In this document: piece after piece, positions 60,718 to 64,000 of the stretch
How the letters are laid out: each line of letters opens with the position of its first letter
How positions within the stretch are numbered: position 1 is the first letter of the stretch
NCBI GenBank assembly: GCA_963664395.2
Contig: OY761159.2
Span: 2,464,001-2,528,000 of the forward strand
Reading direction: 5' to 3'
DNA from: Candidatus Binatia bacterium
Lineage (GTDB): Bacteria; Desulfobacterota; Binatia; Bin18
Length of the DNA stretch: 64,000 bases
Position numbers and translations under genes: made by a program
Notes under the pieces: model-generated
Told to the model about the DNA's origin: nothing
What the model saw: the letters and a program-made list of their open reading frames with translations, nothing else
The model's database searches: none

Positions 60718-61173
60718 ATGGCAGAGGACAGCCCACCACTGGGCCGGCTGGATCACGTCGGCATTGCCGTGCGTAGCATCGAACAGGCCCGGACATTTTT
60801 TGAGGGAATACTCGGGGCAAAGTTTGTGTTTGAACGTGTTGAACGGAGTGGCACTTTTCGCTTTATGGTTTTTGATCTCCAGGGCTTCACGATCGAACTG
60901 TTGGAGCCGATCGCTCCGGACGGCTTTCTCGCCAAGTTCCTCGAAAAGCGGGGCGAGGGCGTGCACCATATTACGCTCCAAACCCCGGACCTCAAAGAAA
61001 AAGTATCGTTTCTGGAGGGGAAGGGGGTACGCGTGGTCGATAAGCATCTGGATGAGTCGGATTTTCGTGACGCTTTTATCTCGCCGAAAAGCGCGTGTGG
61101 CGTGCTGTTTCAGCTCAGCGATACCAAACCACCGCTCGATACCGAGCCGTACTGGAAACGGGGAAAATTGTAG
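60718..61173 (+). CDS. VOC family protein (methylmalonyl-CoA epimerase-like)
   Basis: LDHVGIAVRS, IELLEP, FLEKRGEGVHHI, FISPKSACGVLFQL. Confidence 0.85.
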   Translation: MAEDSPPLGRLDHVGIAVRSIEQARTFFEGILGAKFVFERVERSGTFRFMVFDLQGFTIELLEPIAPDGFLAKFLEKRGEGVHHITLQTPDLKEKVSFLEGKGVRVVDKHLDESDFRDAFISPKSACGVLFQLSDTKPPLDTEPYWKRGKL

Positions 61174-61225
61174 GGGCAACCCCCTGTGGTTGCCCTGTTT
61201 GGGCAGGCACAGGGGCCTCCCCTAC
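61170..61225. repeat. GTAG-type REP doublet
   Basis: gtaggggcaacccc...cccctac; same family as 10308-10366. Confidence 0.75.
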
Positions 61226-61231
61226 CCGATC

Positions 61232-63364
61232 ATGAACGTCAAACGCGCCCTGATTCTGGCCCCTCTGATACTGATTGCGCTCTTGTTGCAGTCGTATTTC
61301 TGGGTTCCGAGCTATGAAAAGCAGTCCGTGGGAAATCCTGCCCGGCTGCGCACCTATATCGAGGGTTCCATTGCCGACGCCAAGATTCTTAATCCTATTC
61401 TGAACGCAGATGGAGCGAGCAGTCGCATTACGGATTTCATATTTGACGGCCTGCTCGATATGGACGAGAACCTGAACCTGCGCGGACGGCTGGCTACTGA
61501 TTGGTCGATTACCGAAAAAGCCTATCTGCTTGCCCGGCCCGAGATGACACTACCGGACGGTAGCCCTGCGACTGGAGAACGGCTGGTCGAGGTCATCTCT
61601 CTTGCTCGGGTGAATGGCCACCTGCACGAACTGGACGGTGTGCTGCTTTCAATACGGCTTTTGCCTGCCGAAGAAAAAATCGAGACCCTCACCATTATTG
61701 AACCAGACGAGCAGGGACGCCCGCCGCCAACACCGATTGAAGTTGCTATTCGTACTCCGCAGCGTGTTGAGTTCACCTTACGCACAGTCGATCAAGATCT
61801 CTTTACGCGTCTTACCCCGATACTGGGCGAAGCCTATTTCCAGGACTTCCCCTACGCCGATCACATCATGGTTGCAGAGGCGGCCCAGCGTGAGCAGATT
61901 GAGAAAGTCCAGCCGCAGTTTCCAGCGTTATTACCCGTGGCGGAGCATAACCCGATTATCCTGTTTCATTTGCGCCAGGATGTCCGCTTTCATGATGGAC
62001 ATCCGTTCGACGCCGGCGATGTCAAATTTACGTATGAAGCCATTATGAACCCGCGTAATATCTCGCCCCGGACGTCGGACTATGAGCCAATTAAGCGTGT
62101 TGACATTCTTGATCCGCATACGGTCCAAGTCACGTATAAGCGCCTGTATTCGCCAGCCATTAACGCCTGGACGCTGGGCATTCTGCCCGAGCATTTGCTG
62201 CATGCCGCTGCGCTCGAAAAAGAAATGGCTGAGCGAGGATTGTCGGACGCGGCGCGGGCGAGTTTTGGCATGCGCGACAGCCAATTCAACCGTCGGCCGG
62301 TCGGAGCCGGTCCATTCCGGTTTGTCGAATGGCAGGGGGACGAGTTTATCCATCTCACTCGCAATGCAGACTATTGGGAACGCAGCCCTGAATATGAACA
62401 GTATTATTTCCGCGTCATTCCCGAGCTGCTGACCCAAGAGGTTGAATTCAAGAGCGGCGCCATCGACATCTATGGCGTGCAACCCCATCAGGTGGCGCGC
62501 TACAAACAAGAGGAGGCGTATCAGTCTTTTTCCAGCTCGGGTTTTGGCTATTCCTATATCGGCTATAACAATCGCAACCCCCTGTTTGCCGATAAGCGGG
62601 TGCGGCGCGCGCTTGGCATGGCCCTTAATGTCGATGAGATCATTACCTATCTGTTGTACGGAGAAGGCGAACAGATCACCGGGCCATACCCGCGCCAAAC
62701 CGAGTGGTATAACCCGACAATCACTCCCCTCCCGTATGACCCGGAGGGCGCCCAACGCCTGCTCGAAGAAGTTGGTTGGCAACGTAACGCCGAAGGCTGG
62801 TTGGAGAAGGCTGGACAGCTCTTTGAGTTCAACCTGATTACGAACAACGGCAACCTGATTCGTGCCAATATCATGACCATCGCTCAGGACGCCTGGAAAA
62901 AGATCGGGGTAAAATGTCATACCCAGGTCTTTGAGTGGGCGGTTTTCCTCCAGGACTTCGTCAATACCGGTTCGTTTGATGCGGTTGTCCTGGGCTGGAG
63001 TATGGGCATCGATCCCGACTTGTATCAAATTTTTCATTCCAGTCAGGCCGGCCCTCAGCAGTTGAATTTCGTTGGCTATAACAGCCCGGCAGCGGATGAG
63101 CTGATCGTCCGTATTCGCCAAGAATATGACCGCGACCAACAACGCGCCTTGGCCCATCGCCTGCATGCAGTCATCGCACAAGACCAACCCTACACCTTTC
63201 TGTATGTTGGGCTGGCCACGCGCGTCCTGGACAAAAAAATTGTCCTGGTCGAGAGAGAGGACGCCGGGCATGAACGCTATGAAAAAATTTACCCAACCAA
63301 GAGCGGCAGTATTTCTTTTTACTTCAACAAGTGGCGCAAGCTTGAATTAACGCCTGACTGGTAA
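61232..63364 (+). CDS. ABC transporter substrate-binding protein (family 5, peptide/nickel)
   Basis: LNPIL, FDGLL, FHDGHPFDAGDVKFTY, PVGAGPFRF, DKRVRRAL, DQPYTFL; carries an insertion in the N-terminal lobe. Confidence 0.9.
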   Translation: MNVKRALILAPLILIALLLQSYFWVPSYEKQSVGNPARLRTYIEGSIADAKILNPILNADGASSRITDFIFDGLLDMDENLNLRGRLATDWSITEKAYLLARPEMTLPDGSPATGERLVEVISLARVNGHLHELDGVLLSIRLLPAEEKIETLTIIEPDEQGRPPPTPIEVAIRTPQRVEFTLRTVDQDLFTRLTPILGEAYFQDFPYADHIMVAEAAQREQIEKVQPQFPALLPVAEHNPIILFHLRQDVRFHDGHPFDAGDVKFTYEAIMNPRNISPRTSDYEPIKRVDILDPHTVQVTYKRLYSPAINAWTLGILPEHLLHAAALEKEMAERGLSDAARASFGMRDSQFNRRPVGAGPFRFVEWQGDEFIHLTRNADYWERSPEYEQYYFRVIPELLTQEVEFKSGAIDIYGVQPHQVARYKQEEAYQSFSSSGFGYSYIGYNNRNPLFADKRVRRALGMALNVDEIITYLLYGEGEQITGPYPRQTEWYNPTITPLPYDPEGAQRLLEEVGWQRNAEGWLEKAGQLFEFNLITNNGNLIRANIMTIAQDAWKKIGVKCHTQVFEWAVFLQDFVNTGSFDAVVLGWSMGIDPDLYQIFHSSQAGPQQLNFVGYNSPAADELIVRIRQEYDRDQQRALAHRLHAVIAQDQPYTFLYVGLATRVLDKKIVLVEREDAGHERYEKIYPTKSGSISFYFNKWRKLELTPDW

Positions 63365-63390
63365 GACGGACTGCTGCAAACGGCTGACTC

Positions 63391-64000
63391 ATGTGGGCTT
63401 TTCTCTTTCGCGCGATCCTCCAGCGTCTTGTTTTATTAGTCATTATTTCGATGATCGCCTTCTCGATCGTCCACCTTGCTCCGGGTGAACCCAGTGAAGT
63501 AGACCCGGCCAATCCTCGCATGAAGCCTGAGGACATTGCGCGCATTCGCGCCGCGTTCCATTTGGATGAACCGCTCTATTTGCAGTACACCTATTGGCTG
63601 CGTGACCTGGCAACCGGCGAGCTGAAATCGTTTAAGGACAGTCAGCCGGTCCTGCCGAAAATCTGGCGCCGGTTTCTCAACTCTCTCCCGCTCTTCATCT
63701 GTGCCACGCTCATTGTGTGGAGTCTGTCTTTTCCGACCGGCATTCAGGCCGCCGTCCAGCGTGGCTCGCCATTTGATCGCTCCACGACATTTGTTGCGTA
63801 TGCCTTCATATCCATCCCAGGCTTCTTTCTGTCCTATCTCGCCATTCAATGGGTCGTGGACATCTTTAACGTTCCCATCATAGGCATGCGCACCTTTGGC
63901 ATGGAAAACGCACCGCCCGTCTTTCGCTGGATGGACCGGCTGTGGCATCTTGTTGTTCCATCCTTAATGTCAGCGATTGCCGGCATTGCCATTCTGTCCC
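63391..64000 (+). CDS. ABC transporter permease (DppB/OppB-like), truncated by the window end
   Basis: MWAFLFRAILQRL...HLAPG...FHLDEPLYLQY..WL..L..G; follows the binding-protein gene. Confidence 0.88.
   Translation, partial: MWAFLFRAILQRLVLLVIISMIAFSIVHLAPGEPSEVDPANPRMKPEDIARIRAAFHLDEPLYLQYTYWLRDLATGELKSFKDSQPVLPKIWRRFLNSLPLFICATLIVWSLSFPTGIQAAVQRGSPFDRSTTFVAYAFISIPGFFLSYLAIQWVVDIFNVPIIGMRTFGMENAPPVFRWMDRLWHLVVPSLMSAIAGIAILS

Noticed and set aside
60764-61231. N-terminal extension of the 866-aa ORF
   Set aside because: Overlaps the VOC gene and a REP; the real start is MNVKRALIL at 61232.
61931-63271. 446-aa minus-strand ORF
   Set aside because: Antisense shadow of the ABC substrate-binding gene.

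Overview
GC-rich Gram-negative bacterial window. Many frameshifts and decayed segments suggest a MAG or long-read assembly, or a genome undergoing gene decay; the lineage cannot be read from the sequence. Left 22 kb: an ATP-grasp/alpha-E/transglutaminase/proteasome-like peptidase cluster, pfkA, and a sigma-54 nitrogen cluster (porin-glnK-amtB-GAF kinase-NtrC-like, plus glnE). Middle: metabolic genes, two of them internally deleted. At 30.3-42.6 kb is a DNA phosphorothioation island with SspA/B/C/D-like genes but no sspE. In place of sspE sit an AT-richer module (small ORF, GIY-YIG nuclease, DGQHR protein), a truncated PT-sensing sulfur-binding domain, two orphan antitoxins and a PT-associated methyltransferase. 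Right: housekeeping genes, a Septu-like ATPase+HNH pair, a decayed Dam-family methylase, duplicated htpX fragments and a peptide ABC transporter. Best leads: (1) the Ssp-like system with a candidate split DGQHR+GIY-YIG effector; (2) three integrase-less defence/TA cassettes, each bracketed by about 70-bp copies of a neighbouring gene end; (3) candidate ncRNAs, namely a sigma-54 sRNA with anti-SD loops and a divergent, mutually complementary RNA pair. All family assignments come from motif recognition by eye, not database searches.
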